Positions 28,616-39,562 are shown, counted from the first letter of the stretch. The stretch: 64,000 bases of DNA from Thermoanaerobaculia bacterium (GCA_963816185.1 CAWFJJ010000008.1:320001-384000), one strand, 5' to 3'. Program-made: numbers and translations. The notes: generated from the sequence alone by a model not told the origin.

Positions 28616-29965
28616 CTATTCGGCCTTTTTCCTCAGCATCCGATAGAGCGTCGAACGGCTGATGTGGAGCTGGCGCGCCGCCTCGACGCGGTTGCCTCCT
28701 GTCTTTTCGAGAGCCTCCTTGAGGCGCTCGGGCGTCACCGTGCGCGGGCCTTCGCTCACGGCTTCGAGGTCGTCCGAGCTGATCGCGTCGGCGCGGGCCA
28801 TGAGCAGCGGGAAGTCGTCCGCCACGAGCTCGTCGCGGGTGGACAAGGCGCACGCCTGCTCGATGGAGTGCTTCAGCTCGCGCGCGTTGCCGGGGAACGG
28901 GTCGTGGAGGATGAGGTCCTTCGCTTCCGCCGAGAGCCGCCGCGGGTACTGGGAGGGCTTCGAGAACATCCGGAGGAAGTGGTCGGCGAGCGCCAGCTTG
29001 TCGTCTCCGCGCTCCCGGAGCGGGGGCACCCAGAGCGTGACGACCGCGAGGCGATAGTAGAGGTCGTCGCGGAAAATGTGCCGCGTGATGGCCGCTTCCA
29101 TGTCGAGGTTCGTGGAGGCCAGGATGCGGACGTCGACCGCGACGTTGCGGTTGTCTCCGACGCGGCGGATCTGAAACTCCTCGAGCGCGCGCAGGACTTT
29201 CGCCTGGGCGGGCATCGGCATGGAGCCGATCTCGTCGAGGAGGAGGGTCCCGCCTTCGGCCTCCTCGAACAGCCCGCGCCGCGCGTTCGTGGCCCCGGTG
29301 AACGCGCCGCGCACGTGACCGAAGAGCTCACTTTCGATCAGGTCGTCGGGAATGGCTGCGCAGTTCAGCGTGACGAACGGCTTCCCCGCGCGCGGGCCGA
29401 AGGATGCGATGTACTTCGCGACGACTTCCTTGCCCGTGCCCGTCTCGCCGCGGATGAGGACCGTGGACGAGAGCTCGGCGACGCGGCGGGCCTTCTCGAG
29501 CAGGCTCTTCCAGACGGGCGAGCTTCCGACCGCGAAGTTCTGCTCCTTCTCGCGCCGCCAGACACCGGATGCCGTGCGCGGCCCGATGTCCTGCGTGAGC
29601 CTCTTCACGACGTCGAGGAGGCTCTGGATGCGGAACGGCTTGACGATGAAGTCGGTCGCGCCGGCTTTCATCGCCTCGATGGCGTCCGAGACGGCGGCCT
29701 GGCCCGAGATGATCACGAAGGGGACGGACGGGGCCTTGCCGCGCACCTCGAAGAGGAGATCGATTCCGGACATCCCCGGGAGCATCAGATCGCAGAAAAT
29801 AACGTCGTAGTCCGTGAAGATGGCGCGGTCGAGAAAGAGCTGTGAGGTGGGGTACAAGTCGACCGTTGCGCCAACCTTCTCGAGGCTGGTACGAACCAGG
29901 TCGCGAACCCCTTCGTCGTCGTCGACGACCGCGATTCGAAGCGTGCGAAGGCCGAGAGGTGGCAC
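28616..29965 (-). CDS. Sigma-54-dependent response regulator (REC-AAA+-Fis HTH)
   Basis: VVDDD, DLMLPG, GETGTGKE, GAFTGA, LDEIG, PGNAREL and a C-terminal HTH. Confidence 0.93.
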   Translation of the reverse strand: MPPLGLRTLRIAVVDDDEGVRDLVRTSLEKVGATVDLYPTSQLFLDRAIFTDYDVIFCDLMLPGMSGIDLLFEVRGKAPSVPFVIISGQAAVSDAIEAMKAGATDFIVKPFRIQSLLDVVKRLTQDIGPRTASGVWRREKEQNFAVGSSPVWKSLLEKARRVAELSSTVLIRGETGTGKEVVAKYIASFGPRAGKPFVTLNCAAIPDDLIESELFGHVRGAFTGATNARRGLFEEAEGGTLLLDEIGSMPMPAQAKVLRALEEFQIRRVGDNRNVAVDVRILASTNLDMEAAITRHIFRDDLYYRLAVVTLWVPPLRERGDDKLALADHFLRMFSKPSQYPRRLSAEAKDLILHDPFPGNARELKHSIEQACALSTRDELVADDFPLLMARADAISSDDLEAVSEGPRTVTPERLKEALEKTGGNRVEAARQLHISRSTLYRMLRKKAE

Positions 29966-30305
29966 GGCCGGCCCATTCTAGCCGGGCGCGGGCGTGTGGC
30001 GACGTCGCATGCGGGTTTGCGCCAGCTGCGTCGCGTAAGACCGGATCGGCGTTACCGGCGGGAATCGTTCGCGCCAGGCGTCAGAAACCGGAGCGACGAT
30101 TGCACGATCCAGCCGTCGAACCGTCGCGCAAGAGACTTATTCTCAGTATCTTACGCGGAGGACCAAGAAACTCTTGCAATTGTGCGCTTCACGGCGGTAC
30201 GTTGAACCAGTACTCGCCAAGAGATCCACCTCACTTTTCCTCCGGCCTGTCGGCCGAATGTGAACGGCAAATCATCGACGTGCGGGAATCCCGCAGGAGT
30301 ACAGG

Positions 30306-32300
30306 ATGAAGCATTGGCCGAGGCGCTCTTTCCTTCTCGCGCTCCTCTTCTCGACGCCCCTCGCGGCCCAGAGCCTTCCCAAGACTCTCTTCTACCCCGT
30401 TACTCCCTGTCGAATCGCGGACACGCGTAACCCGAACGGAGCCTACGGAGGACCTGCCCTCTCGTTCGGGGCCTCACGGGCGTTCACGCTTGCGGGCACG
30501 TGCGGCATCCCGGCGACAGCGCGGTCCGTGGCCGCGAACATCGCGGTCGTCTCCCCGGGCGCGGCCGGGTCTCTCGCGATCTTTCCCGGAGGGGTGTCGA
30601 CCGGGGCGGCGACGGCGATCAGCTACAAGGCCGGAAAGACGAGGGCGAACAACTTCATCGCGCGGCTCGGGACGAACGGCGACATCGTCGTCATCTGTCA
30701 GCAGCCTTCCGGCACGACGCACTTCCTCATCGACGTGGCGGGTTATTTCGAGGATCCTCCCGCGACGCCGCCCGCGGCTCTCGCCGCGTTCGCGAACACC
30801 GCAACATTCGGGTCCAATCCCGGGCTCGTGGGGCACCTTCGTGACGTCGGAACGGCCGGGTTCCTCGCCGAGCAGTTCACCGCTCCACCCTCGCTCTATC
30901 CGGCACTCCCGCTCTTCCCGAACACGCGGCAGGGTACCTGCACCGGGACGTGCCCTCGCGACAACTACACGATGTATCCGCTCCAGAACCAGTTCTTCCT
31001 GAACGCGCTTTACGGACAGGACCAGCTCAGGCAGCGCGTCGCGTGGGCGCTCCACAAGATCATCCCGATCAACGGGCAGGACATCGGCCAGCCCAGCCGC
31101 ATCGTCCCGTACCTGAACATCCTCGTGAACAACGCGTTCGGGAACTACCGGGACATCCTCTACCAGATCACGCTAAACGCGGCGATGGGCCAGTACCTCA
31201 ACATGGACACGTCCACGCTGCTGAACCCGAACGAGAACTACGCGCGGGAGATCATGCAGCTGTTTTCGATCGGGCTCGTCGAGCTCAACCTCGACGGGAC
31301 GCCCCAGCTCGACGGGAGCTCGAACCCGATCCCCACCTACGACCAGTCCACGATCACCGAGTTCGCCCGCGTGTTCACCGGCTGGCGCCTCGCGAACCAG
31401 ATCGTCGTGGGCACCGACGATTACATCGACCCGATGGTGCTCGTGTTCGCGAACCACGACAAGGGCTCCAAAACGCTCCTGAACGGCACGGTCCTCCCGT
31501 GTTATGGCTCCGTCTCTCCATGTACCACCCTCCAGACGGGTGACAAGGATCTCAACGACGCCATCGACAACATCTTCAACCACCCGAACGTCGGGCCTTT
31601 CATCGGCGGCGCTCTGATCCGGAACCTCGTGACGTCCAACCCGTCTCCCGCGTACGTCGCGCGCGTCGCGGCGGTATTCAACGACAACGGCTCGGGCGTG
31701 CGGGGCGACCTCGCGGCGGTCGTCAGAGCGATCGTGACGGACCCCGAGGCGCTCGCTGGCGCGGCCAGCTCCACCTTCGGGAGCTTGAGAGACCCGGCGC
31801 TTTTCACGATCTCGTTCCTCAGGAGCCTCGGAGCGCGGTCGGCGAACGGCGCAGGTTTGTCGGACGGGGTTCTCGCGCCACAGGTCACGGCCCTTGGGCA
31901 GACCGTCTTTCAGCCCGACACCGTCTTCAGCTATTACCCGGCGGACTACCTGACTCCCGGCACGTCGCTCCTCGGCCCGGAGTTCGGGATCCTCTCGGCC
32001 TCCACCGCCATGCGCCGCGCGAACCTCGTGAATACGCTCGTCTACTCGACGATTCCCGTCGGAACGAACAACCCGTCGGGGACGTCCCTGGACCTCGGCG
32101 GCATCCAGACCCTTTACGGCAATCCTGCCGCGATGGTCGAGGAGCTGAACCAGCGGCTCTGCCACGGCCTGCTCTCGGCGAGCGCGAAGGCAAACATCGT
32201 CACGGCTGTGAACGCGGTCTCTCCGGCGACCCCGCGCGCGATGGCGCAGCAGGCGACGTATCTCGTCGCGACGTCCTCCCAGTTCCAGGTGGAGAGGTGA
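30306..32300 (+). CDS. Secreted DUF1800 domain protein with an N-terminal PCRxxDTR beta domain
   Basis: [51 protein letters not shown]. Confidence 0.87.
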   Translation: MKHWPRRSFLLALLFSTPLAAQSLPKTLFYPVTPCRIADTRNPNGAYGGPALSFGASRAFTLAGTCGIPATARSVAANIAVVSPGAAGSLAIFPGGVSTGAATAISYKAGKTRANNFIARLGTNGDIVVICQQPSGTTHFLIDVAGYFEDPPATPPAALAAFANTATFGSNPGLVGHLRDVGTAGFLAEQFTAPPSLYPALPLFPNTRQGTCTGTCPRDNYTMYPLQNQFFLNALYGQDQLRQRVAWALHKIIPINGQDIGQPSRIVPYLNILVNNAFGNYRDILYQITLNAAMGQYLNMDTSTLLNPNENYAREIMQLFSIGLVELNLDGTPQLDGSSNPIPTYDQSTITEFARVFTGWRLANQIVVGTDDYIDPMVLVFANHDKGSKTLLNGTVLPCYGSVSPCTTLQTGDKDLNDAIDNIFNHPNVGPFIGGALIRNLVTSNPSPAYVARVAAVFNDNGSGVRGDLAAVVRAIVTDPEALAGAASSTFGSLRDPALFTISFLRSLGARSANGAGLSDGVLAPQVTALGQTVFQPDTVFSYYPADYLTPGTSLLGPEFGILSASTAMRRANLVNTLVYSTIPVGTNNPSGTSLDLGGIQTLYGNPAAMVEELNQRLCHGLLSASAKANIVTAVNAVSPATPRAMAQQATYLVATSSQFQVER

Positions 32301-32302
32301 AC

Positions 32303-33721
32303 ATGACATCTCGCAGGGATTTCCTCCGCATCTCCGCGTGCAGCGCCGTCGGGATGGCAGCCTTCTCCGAGGGCCTGGAGCGCTTCGGTCTCGTCGCGCA
32401 CCGGGCTGAGGCGGCGCCGAACGATTATCGGGCGCTCGTGTGCATCTTCATGTTCGGCGGGAACGATGCGAACAACATGGTCGTCCCCGTCTACGGTTCC
32501 GGGTACACCCAGTACCTGGCGTCCCGGGGCGGCAGCCTCGCGCTCGCGCAAGGGAGCCTTCTGCAGATCACGCCGGCGAGCATCGGTCTCGCGTACGGCC
32601 TTCATCCTGCGATGACCGGCCTGCAGGGCCTCTGGAACCTGGGGAAGCTCGCGGTCGTCGCGAACGTCGGGCCGCTGACCCAGCCTACGACGAAGTCGCA
32701 GTACCAGACGAACGCGGCGTTCCGCCCGTACCAGCTCTTCTCCCACAGCGATCAGCAATCCCTCTGGATGGCGCGCCGCTCCGACCAGAAGACGAACCTC
32801 GGCTGGGGCGGTCTTTCCGCCGACAACCAGGTTTCCCTGAACGGCGGGTCGGCGTTTCCGACCGTGACATCCCTCGCGGGGAACAGCCAGTTCAACATCG
32901 GGCAGATCACGAAGCCGCTCGGTGCGGCTCCTGCTCCGACCGCCCTCAACCAGATCCTCGTCCTGAACGGTTTCACGACTTCGGCGACGGACGTCGCCCG
33001 GAAAACCGCTATGAATTCCCTGCGCACGTACGACACGGGCGTGCCTCTCGTGAATGCGATGAGCGGTGTCACCCAGGACGCCCTGAACATCGGAGCTGCG
33101 CTCGCCGTCGATCCGACCCTCACCACGGTCTTCCCGAATACGAACCTCGGAAACCAGCTCAAGCAGGTCGCGAAGATCATGAAGCTCAATCAGTCGGCTC
33201 CGCAGCTCGGCCTCAACCGGCAGATCTTCTTCTGCTCGATCGGCGGGTTCGACACCCACCAGAACGAGCTCACGGCGCACGCGACCCTCTACGCGCAGGT
33301 CTCGGCCGCGATGTCGGCCTTCTACAACGCGACCGTCGAGCTCGGGATCCCGGGACGCGTCACGACCTTTACCCTTTCCGACTTCGGCCGCACGCTCGCC
33401 CCGTCGGGCGCGGGTGCGACCGTTGGCTCGGACCATGCCTGGGGTAATCACCACTTCGTCATGGGCGGCTCCGTGAAGGGCACGGACTTCTACGGGATCG
33501 CAGGGCCGAACGGGAGCGTCTATCCGGACCTCACGCTCGGCGCAAGCAATCCGCTCGACGCCGATAGCCGCGGCCGGTGGATCCCGACGGTCTCGGTGGA
33601 TCAGTACGGGGCGACACTCGCGCAGTGGTTCGGCGTCTCGGCGCTGGACGCCCACACGATCTTCCCGTTGCTCTCCCGCTTCGCGCCCACCGACCTCGGG
33701 TTCTTGATGCCGGCGGCCTAG
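32303..33721 (+). CDS. DUF1501 domain protein, Tat signal
   Basis: [45 protein letters not shown]. Confidence 0.88.
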   Translation: MTSRRDFLRISACSAVGMAAFSEGLERFGLVAHRAEAAPNDYRALVCIFMFGGNDANNMVVPVYGSGYTQYLASRGGSLALAQGSLLQITPASIGLAYGLHPAMTGLQGLWNLGKLAVVANVGPLTQPTTKSQYQTNAAFRPYQLFSHSDQQSLWMARRSDQKTNLGWGGLSADNQVSLNGGSAFPTVTSLAGNSQFNIGQITKPLGAAPAPTALNQILVLNGFTTSATDVARKTAMNSLRTYDTGVPLVNAMSGVTQDALNIGAALAVDPTLTTVFPNTNLGNQLKQVAKIMKLNQSAPQLGLNRQIFFCSIGGFDTHQNELTAHATLYAQVSAAMSAFYNATVELGIPGRVTTFTLSDFGRTLAPSGAGATVGSDHAWGNHHFVMGGSVKGTDFYGIAGPNGSVYPDLTLGASNPLDADSRGRWIPTVSVDQYGATLAQWFGVSALDAHTIFPLLSRFAPTDLGFLMPAA

Positions 33722-34869
33722 AGGCCCTGAGCCGCTGGAAAGTCGGTGAAGCGGTCGAGCGCGGCCTTCCACTCGAGGCGCGTCGCGCGGAAGCGCCTCT
33801 CGCACTCGCGCATCTGACGGCGGATCTCCCGCATCGTCTCGGACGGCGGGCGCTGTCCCTTCCGTTTCGCGGCCTTCACCTCACAGTGGCGGGCATAGGC
33901 CTCTTTCCAGAGGTTCAACGTCTCCTCCATTCGGGCGCGCGCTTGCTCGGCACGGGCGCGCAGGTCGTCCGCGATAGCGGCGGGAACGCGCGCGAGCCGC
34001 GCTTCCGTTCCGGCGGTCGCGACCTTCAGCCTCGCGTTCTCGACGAGCGGCGGCGGTGTCACGCGCAGGTTGCGCGCGAGGTGCGTCGCCCGGAAAGACT
34101 GGATGAGCCACTTGTTCGGATCCCAGTGGTACCAGCGGATGCCGTTCCGGAAGTCGGAAGGAAAGGCGTGGTGGAAGTTGTGGAAGCCCTCGCCGTGCGT
34201 GAAGAACGCGAGAAACCAGTTGTCGCGGGCCGTGTTCTCCGTCGAGTACGGCCGCGCGCCCCACATGTGCGCGAGGGAATTGATGAAGAACGTCGTGTGG
34301 TGGATGAGGACGATGCGCAGGAAGCCGCCCCACAGGAGGCCGCCGAGAGGATGCCCGAAGAACGCCCCCACGAGCGTCGGAAGGCCGAGGCCGACGCCGA
34401 TGCCGATCACTTTCGAGAAGCGGTGCTGCCACATGACCCGGGGGTTGCGCTTGAGATCGGGCACGGTGTCGAAATTCCGCTCCGGCCCCTGCTTGTAGAA
34501 GATCCAGGCGATGTGCGCCCAGAGGAAGCCGCGCTTGATGTTGTAAGGGTCGCGGTCCGTGTCGACGAAACGGTGGTGCTCGCGGTGGTCGCGCGCCCAC
34601 TGGAGGGCCGAGTTCTGCAGGGCCATCGCCCCGAAAAAGAGCATGACCGATTCGACCGCAGGGTGGCATTCGTAAGCGCGGTGCGCGAAATACCGGTGGT
34701 AGCCCGAGCCGATCGAAAGTCCGATCGCAAAGAAGAGCGTCAGGCAAAGCGCCGGCTCCCACCACTGCACGCCGAAGCGCGAAGCGTAGAGGATCGTTCC
34801 CCCGATCCCCACGACGGGAGAAAGCGCGAGAAAGAGAATGTTCGTCCAGTCTTTCCGGGGGTGTTCCAT
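33718..34869 (-). CDS. Acyl-CoA (delta-9) fatty acid desaturase
   Basis: His boxes [13 protein letters not shown] and HNFHH. INSLAH. C-terminal coiled region. Confidence 0.92.
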   Translation of the reverse strand: MEHPRKDWTNILFLALSPVVGIGGTILYASRFGVQWWEPALCLTLFFAIGLSIGSGYHRYFAHRAYECHPAVESVMLFFGAMALQNSALQWARDHREHHRFVDTDRDPYNIKRGFLWAHIAWIFYKQGPERNFDTVPDLKRNPRVMWQHRFSKVIGIGVGLGLPTLVGAFFGHPLGGLLWGGFLRIVLIHHTTFFINSLAHMWGARPYSTENTARDNWFLAFFTHGEGFHNFHHAFPSDFRNGIRWYHWDPNKWLIQSFRATHLARNLRVTPPPLVENARLKVATAGTEARLARVPAAIADDLRARAEQARARMEETLNLWKEAYARHCEVKAAKRKGQRPPSETMREIRRQMRECERRFRATRLEWKAALDRFTDFPAAQGL

Positions 34870-34936
34870 GCCGTGATCTTACCCCGCGCCTCGACGCATT
34901 CCGCAAATAAGAATCAGTCTCGTTAAGTGCGCCGGA

Positions 34937-36286
34937 TCACGTCGCGAGGCCGAACTTCTCGATCCGGTAGCGGATCTGGTCGCGGTTGAGGCCGAGCAGC
35001 TTTCCCGCCTTCGTCTGATTGCCGCCGCTCCTCTTCAGAGCCTGCGCGACGAGGTCGCGCTCGAGCTGCTCCAGATCGAGACCGCCCGCCGGGAGCCGAA
35101 AGCCCGCGGACAGCGGCGACGGCGCGAGCGCGAGGACGTCCTCCCGCTCGAGGAGGTCGTGCTCCGCGAGGAGGACGGCGCGCTCGAGCACGTTCCGGAG
35201 CTCGCGGACGTTGCCGGGCCACGGATACGTCTCGAGCGCGGCACGGGCGTCCGGCACGAAGCCGCGTATCGATTTCTTGAATTCGCGATTGAAGCCGTCG
35301 ACGAAATGGCTCGCCAGAAGCATCACGTCCCCGTCCCGTTCCCGGAGGGGCGGGAGCTCGACGGGCAGGACCCGGAGACGATAGTAGAGGTCTTCGCGAA
35401 AGCGTCCTTCGCGGACCGCGTCTTCGAGGTTGCGATTCGTCGCGGCGATGACGCGCACGTCGACATGCAGGTCGGCGGAGCCGCCGACGCGCCGGAAAGC
35501 CTTCTCCTCGAGAAAGCGAAGGAGCTTGGCCTGCAGAACGGGTGCGAGCTCGCCGATCTCGTCGAGGAAGGCGCTCCCGCCGTCCGCCTGCTCCAGAAGG
35601 CCCTTTTTCTGCCCCTTGGCGTCCGTGAAGGCGCCCTTCTCGTGCCCGAAGAGCTCGCTTTCGAGGAGAGTCTCGGGAATGGCGGAGCACGTGATGTTGA
35701 GGAAGGGACCGGCCGCGCGCGCGCTGCCGAAATGGACCGCCTTGGCGGCGAGATCCTTTCCCGTTCCGCTCTCACCCGTCAGGAGGACCGTCGAGGACGG
35801 GCTCGCCGCGATCTTCCGGAGCAGGGACTTCACACCTTGCATCGGGGCCGACTCGCCCACGATCCGGTCGAACCCGTACGGCGCGGACTCGCGCGCGCGC
35901 AGCGTGCGCACCTCGCGCATCAAACGCGTCGTCTCGAGGGCCTTCTCGACGAGAAGAACCATCTCCTCGAGCTCGACCGGCTTGTTCACGTAGTGGTAGG
36001 CGCCCAGCTTGATCGCCTCGATCGCGCTCGGCACGCTCGCATACGCCGTCAGAAGGATGACGACGATGTCTTCTCTGAGCTCCTTGATCTTCGGGATCAG
36101 CGAGACGCCGTCCGTGTCGGGCAGGCGGAAGTCGAGGATCACGAGGTCGACGTCGCGGCACCGTTGAAGGGCTTCCGCGCCGTCCTCGGCCTCGAGGACC
36201 TCGTATCCGGCGGCTTCGAGTCGTTGGCGGAGCGACCAGCGGATCAGCTTCTCGTCATCGACGATGAGGATCCGGACCGGCGCCAC
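34937..36286 (-). CDS. Sigma-54-dependent response regulator (REC-AAA+-Fis HTH)
   Basis: VDDE, GESGTGKD, GAFTDA, LDEIG, WPGNVREL, GNQTKAGKLLG. Confidence 0.93.
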   Translation of the reverse strand: MAPVRILIVDDEKLIRWSLRQRLEAAGYEVLEAEDGAEALQRCRDVDLVILDFRLPDTDGVSLIPKIKELREDIVVILLTAYASVPSAIEAIKLGAYHYVNKPVELEEMVLLVEKALETTRLMREVRTLRARESAPYGFDRIVGESAPMQGVKSLLRKIAASPSSTVLLTGESGTGKDLAAKAVHFGSARAAGPFLNITCSAIPETLLESELFGHEKGAFTDAKGQKKGLLEQADGGSAFLDEIGELAPVLQAKLLRFLEEKAFRRVGGSADLHVDVRVIAATNRNLEDAVREGRFREDLYYRLRVLPVELPPLRERDGDVMLLASHFVDGFNREFKKSIRGFVPDARAALETYPWPGNVRELRNVLERAVLLAEHDLLEREDVLALAPSPLSAGFRLPAGGLDLEQLERDLVAQALKRSGGNQTKAGKLLGLNRDQIRYRIEKFGLAT

Positions 36287-36336
36287 GCGCGCATTCTAGA
36301 CGGGGGATGAGACTGCGTATCACTCGTTCCCCGGCG

Positions 36337-37230
36337 TCAGGGCATCATGCCCTGACCCATGCCGCGCCCGCCGTTCATCATGTTCCCCATGACGACGTAG
36401 CCGTCGTTCGTGGCGTTGTCGTTGACGACCGCGTAGGACATGACCATCCCCGTCGAGCCCGGGTTCAGCCGGACCCGGACCTGGAGGCCCGTGTCTCCGG
36501 CGCCGAAACGCGAATGGATGTTCGCGAGCACGTCATTGAACTGATGGGAGGAATAGCCGTTGATCTGGAACGGGAGGCTCGTCGCGCCCGTGCCCGATGG
36601 CGCCGACCCGTCAGAATCCAGGACCTCCACGACTCCGTTGACGGTCGAGGAGTTCGTGTTCACGACGCTCACGTTGACGCGGTTCCCGGGCTCCGGGAGC
36701 AGACCCAGCATGTACATCGCGAAGTCGTCCATTCCGAACGAGCCGCCCATCATCGGCATCGACTGGAGCGACATCGTCGACGGCATTCCCATGAACGACA
36801 GGCCGTAGGCGCCGCCACCCCCGTTGTTGTACACACGGACGACGGCGGAAACCGGCGCTCCGGCGACGATTCGGATGTTCCCGGCGCCCGTCGAGACGCC
36901 GAACGTCGCCGAGAGGACGTCGGGCAGATACGTTACCGGTTTCGTCAGCGTGATCGGAACCGTCACGGCGGGCGAGGCGCTTGCCGCGTCCGCCGTGTGG
37001 AATTCGAGCGTTGCAGCAACCGGCACGATCTGGCAGCGGATCCAGAGATCCGTCTGGAAGAACGCGCCGTTCTTGCCTTCGACGCGGATGCCGGCGGGAA
37101 CGACGATCGAAGACGACATCCCGTCGAAAGGTCCGTTCTGCATGCCGCCGGTCTGGGCCGCGGCCGGAAGGAAGGACCCCAAGAGAAGAAGCGGGAAGAT
37201 GCGGCTGATGGTGCGAGAGAGAGACGTCAT
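36337..37230 (-). CDS. Secreted methionine-rich hypothetical protein
   Basis: Signal peptide and about 20 Met, clustered centrally and at the C-terminus. Resembles the N-terminal domain of the protein at 20386-21801. Confidence 0.75.
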   Translation of the reverse strand: MTSLSRTISRIFPLLLLGSFLPAAAQTGGMQNGPFDGMSSSIVVPAGIRVEGKNGAFFQTDLWIRCQIVPVAATLEFHTADAASASPAVTVPITLTKPVTYLPDVLSATFGVSTGAGNIRIVAGAPVSAVVRVYNNGGGGAYGLSFMGMPSTMSLQSMPMMGGSFGMDDFAMYMLGLLPEPGNRVNVSVVNTNSSTVNGVVEVLDSDGSAPSGTGATSLPFQINGYSSHQFNDVLANIHSRFGAGDTGLQVRVRLNPGSTGMVMSYAVVNDNATNDGYVVMGNMMNGGRGMGQGMMP

Positions 37231-37276
37231 CGGGGCCCCTTAGCGATTTCTTGAGATCGAGCGACGCGTCGAGTTC

Positions 37277-37699
37277 TCATTTTGGCGAAAGCTCTTCGCC
37301 GACGAGACGGACCATGCGGTCAAAGTCGAACGGCTTCGTCACGAAATGCGCTGCGCCGAGCGCCGCCGCTTTCTCGACCGAACCGGGCGAGTCGTAGGCC
37401 GTCATGAGGATGACCGGGCAGGACGGGCGGTCTTTCTTCACACGCTCGAGGACCCCGAGGCCGTTCAAGCCGGGCAAGGAGAGGTCGAGGAGCACGAGGC
37501 TGACGGACTCTTTAGAGACGACGTCGAGCGCGTCGGGCCCCGACTCGGCTTCGAGGACCGCGTAACCCGCGGCCGCGAGCTTCTCGCGGAGCGACCAGCG
37601 GATGAGGCTTTCGTCGTCCACGACGAGGATCACGGGTCTGCCAGATTCCCCGTCGGTGGCCACGCCGGCCGTCGCCTGGCTTCGATCTTCGCCGCGCAT
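37277..37699 (-). CDS. Single-domain response regulator
   Basis: VVDDESLIRWSL, LLDLSLPGLNG, MTA, KPF. Confidence 0.88.
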   Translation of the reverse strand: MRGEDRSQATAGVATDGESGRPVILVVDDESLIRWSLREKLAAAGYAVLEAESGPDALDVVSKESVSLVLLDLSLPGLNGLGVLERVKKDRPSCPVILMTAYDSPGSVEKAAALGAAHFVTKPFDFDRMVRLVGEELSPK

Positions 37700-37722
37700 C
37701 AAAGTGCCTTATCCTGCCGGCG

Positions 37723-38847
37723 ATGACGGACGAAGGGGCCGGAAGCCGCGAGCTCCGCGACATCATCTACGCCCTGGACCAGTCCGCGATCGTCGCGCGG
37801 ACGGACCAGCACGGCATCATCAACTACGTCAACGACAAGTTCTGCGAGATCTCGAAGTACTCCCGCGAAGAGCTGCTCGGGCAGGACCACCGAATCATCA
37901 ATTCCGGCTACCACCCGAAGGAGTTCATCCGGGAGCTCTGGCGCACGATCGCGATGGGACGGATCTGGCGAGGCGAGCTCCGCAATCGGGCCAAGGACGG
38001 GACCATCTACTGGGTCGACACGACGATCGTGCCGTTCCTGGGCGACGACGGGAAGCCCTTCCAGTACCTGGCGATTCGCGCGGACATCACGGACCGGAAG
38101 AGAGCCGAGGAGGAGCTCCGGCTGGCGCATGAGGCCTTGAAGGAGCAGGCGACCCTCGCGAGCCTCGGAGAGATGGCGGCGATCGTCGCCCACGAGGTCA
38201 AGAACCCTCTCGCCGGCATCGGCGGCGCGCTGCAGGTCATCCGGGACCGCCTGCCGCCGGACCACCCCGACCGGCAAATCTTCGGCGAGATCCTGGCCCG
38301 TCTCGGAGGGCTGAACGCGCTCGTCCGCGACCTCCTCGTCTTCGCACGACCGCGGGCTCCGCACCTCGAACCGATCCAGATCGCACCGTTGCTCGCGGAG
38401 ATCGTGGCCGAGCTCCGCCGCGATCCGGCTTTCCGGGACCTGAAGATCGAAATCGAAGGCGACAATCCCTGGATCCGCGGGGACACGGAGCTCCTCCGTA
38501 GCGTTTTTTTCAATCTCGCCCTGAACGGCGCACAGGCCGCGGGGCGAACGGGCACGCTGCGTGTCGTCACGGCCGCGCAGAACGTGCATTGCGACGTCTC
38601 TCTGACCGACTCTGGCCCGGGCATTTCGGAGGAGATTCGAGCCAAGGTCTTCGATCCATTTTTCACGACGAAGCATCGGGGAAGCGGGCTGGGCCTCCCG
38701 GTCGCGAAGCGCGTCGCGGAAGCTCACGGAGGCCGGATCCTCCTGACGAGCCCGCCGGAGGGCGGCACGGTTGCGATCGTCCGCCTGCCTCTGCTCGCGC
38801 AGGGCTCTGCCGGAAGGTCTCATGGATCTGGCTCCGATCGACGCTGA
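37723..38847 (+). CDS. Cytoplasmic PAS-domain sensor histidine kinase
   Basis: PAS/PAC (YVNDKFCEISKYS, WRGELRNRAKDG), H-box AHEVKNPL, DSGPG, FFTTK, GLGL. Confidence 0.92.
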   Translation: MTDEGAGSRELRDIIYALDQSAIVARTDQHGIINYVNDKFCEISKYSREELLGQDHRIINSGYHPKEFIRELWRTIAMGRIWRGELRNRAKDGTIYWVDTTIVPFLGDDGKPFQYLAIRADITDRKRAEEELRLAHEALKEQATLASLGEMAAIVAHEVKNPLAGIGGALQVIRDRLPPDHPDRQIFGEILARLGGLNALVRDLLVFARPRAPHLEPIQIAPLLAEIVAELRRDPAFRDLKIEIEGDNPWIRGDTELLRSVFFNLALNGAQAAGRTGTLRVVTAAQNVHCDVSLTDSGPGISEEIRAKVFDPFFTTKHRGSGLGLPVAKRVAEAHGGRILLTSPPEGGTVAIVRLPLLAQGSAGRSHGSGSDRR

Positions 38848-38857
38848 CTTCCAGAGG

Positions 38858-39412
38858 TCAGACACCCGCAGCCATCGCTTCGACGGCTGAATGAGGGCTC
38901 GCGAACGAGGCCGGGTTCCGCCGGGGTTCTTGCCGATCGACCCACCCGCGCCTGAGCGCGAGGGCCACGATCTCGACCTGACTGTGGACTTCGAGCTTCC
39001 TCAGGGCGTTCTGAATGTGATTTCGGACCGTCGCGTGCGACAGGTTCAGACGCGCCGCGATGTTGAGGGCCGCCCACCCGTCGGCGAGGAGCGCGACGAT
39101 CTCGTGCTCCCGTTTCGACAGGGGACAGGAACCGGCCTTCGAAGCCGTGGGATTCAGAATGTAGACCGTCCTCTCGGCGCGTGGCACGGCGCCCGGGATC
39201 CTGAGCGCGGCCGAGTGCGCGAGCGTCTCCATGGCTTCGCCCGAGAGCACCGAGCCCAAATCGGATCCCAGCGCCTCTTTCCTGCTGACGCCGAGCAGCC
39301 GCTCGGCGGCCGGGTTCAAGAAGACGACGCGACGCTTCCCGTCGGTCGCGATCGCGGGCGGCTCGTTGAAAGACGAGGCTTCCGGAAGGCCGACGGCGTG
39401 ATTCGTTTTCAT
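38858..39412 (-). CDS. PAS + LuxR-type HTH transcriptional regulator
   Basis: FLNPAAERLLG, then LSKREHEIV...TVRNHIQN...KLEV. RBS AAGGAG. Confidence 0.85.
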   Translation of the reverse strand: MKTNHAVGLPEASSFNEPPAIATDGKRRVVFLNPAAERLLGVSRKEALGSDLGSVLSGEAMETLAHSAALRIPGAVPRAERTVYILNPTASKAGSCPLSKREHEIVALLADGWAALNIAARLNLSHATVRNHIQNALRKLEVHSQVEIVALALRRGWVDRQEPRRNPASFASPHSAVEAMAAGV

Positions 39413-39439
39413 GTGGGCTCTCCTTGGAAACATCGAGAG

Positions 39440-39455
39440 CGCAAGGGAGATGCCA
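39440..39455 (-). promoter_or_regulatory. Putative sigma-54 promoter for the PAS-LuxR gene
   Basis: Minus strand TGGCAT-CTCCC-TTGC, GG-N10-GC. Confidence 0.65.
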
Positions 39456-39546
39456 GCGAAAAACAAGGGTTTTTCGGTTTCTTGGCGCGGACTTTTTCGC
39501 AGTGACGCGGAATCTTTCGCGTCCGGAAATGGCCCCCCATTTTCTC

Positions 39547-39562
39547 TGGCACTCGTTTCGCA
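39547..39562 (+). promoter_or_regulatory. Putative sigma-54 promoter for the flavoprotein reductase operon
   Basis: TGGCAC-TCGTT-TCGCA, GG-N10-GC, 30 nt before the ATG. Confidence 0.6.

Noticed and set aside
30230-30300. c-di-GMP-I riboswitch upstream of the DUF1800 gene
   Set aside because: CCTCCGGCCT and GGCAAA fragments occur in the wrong order, and the GAAA-loop stem is missing.
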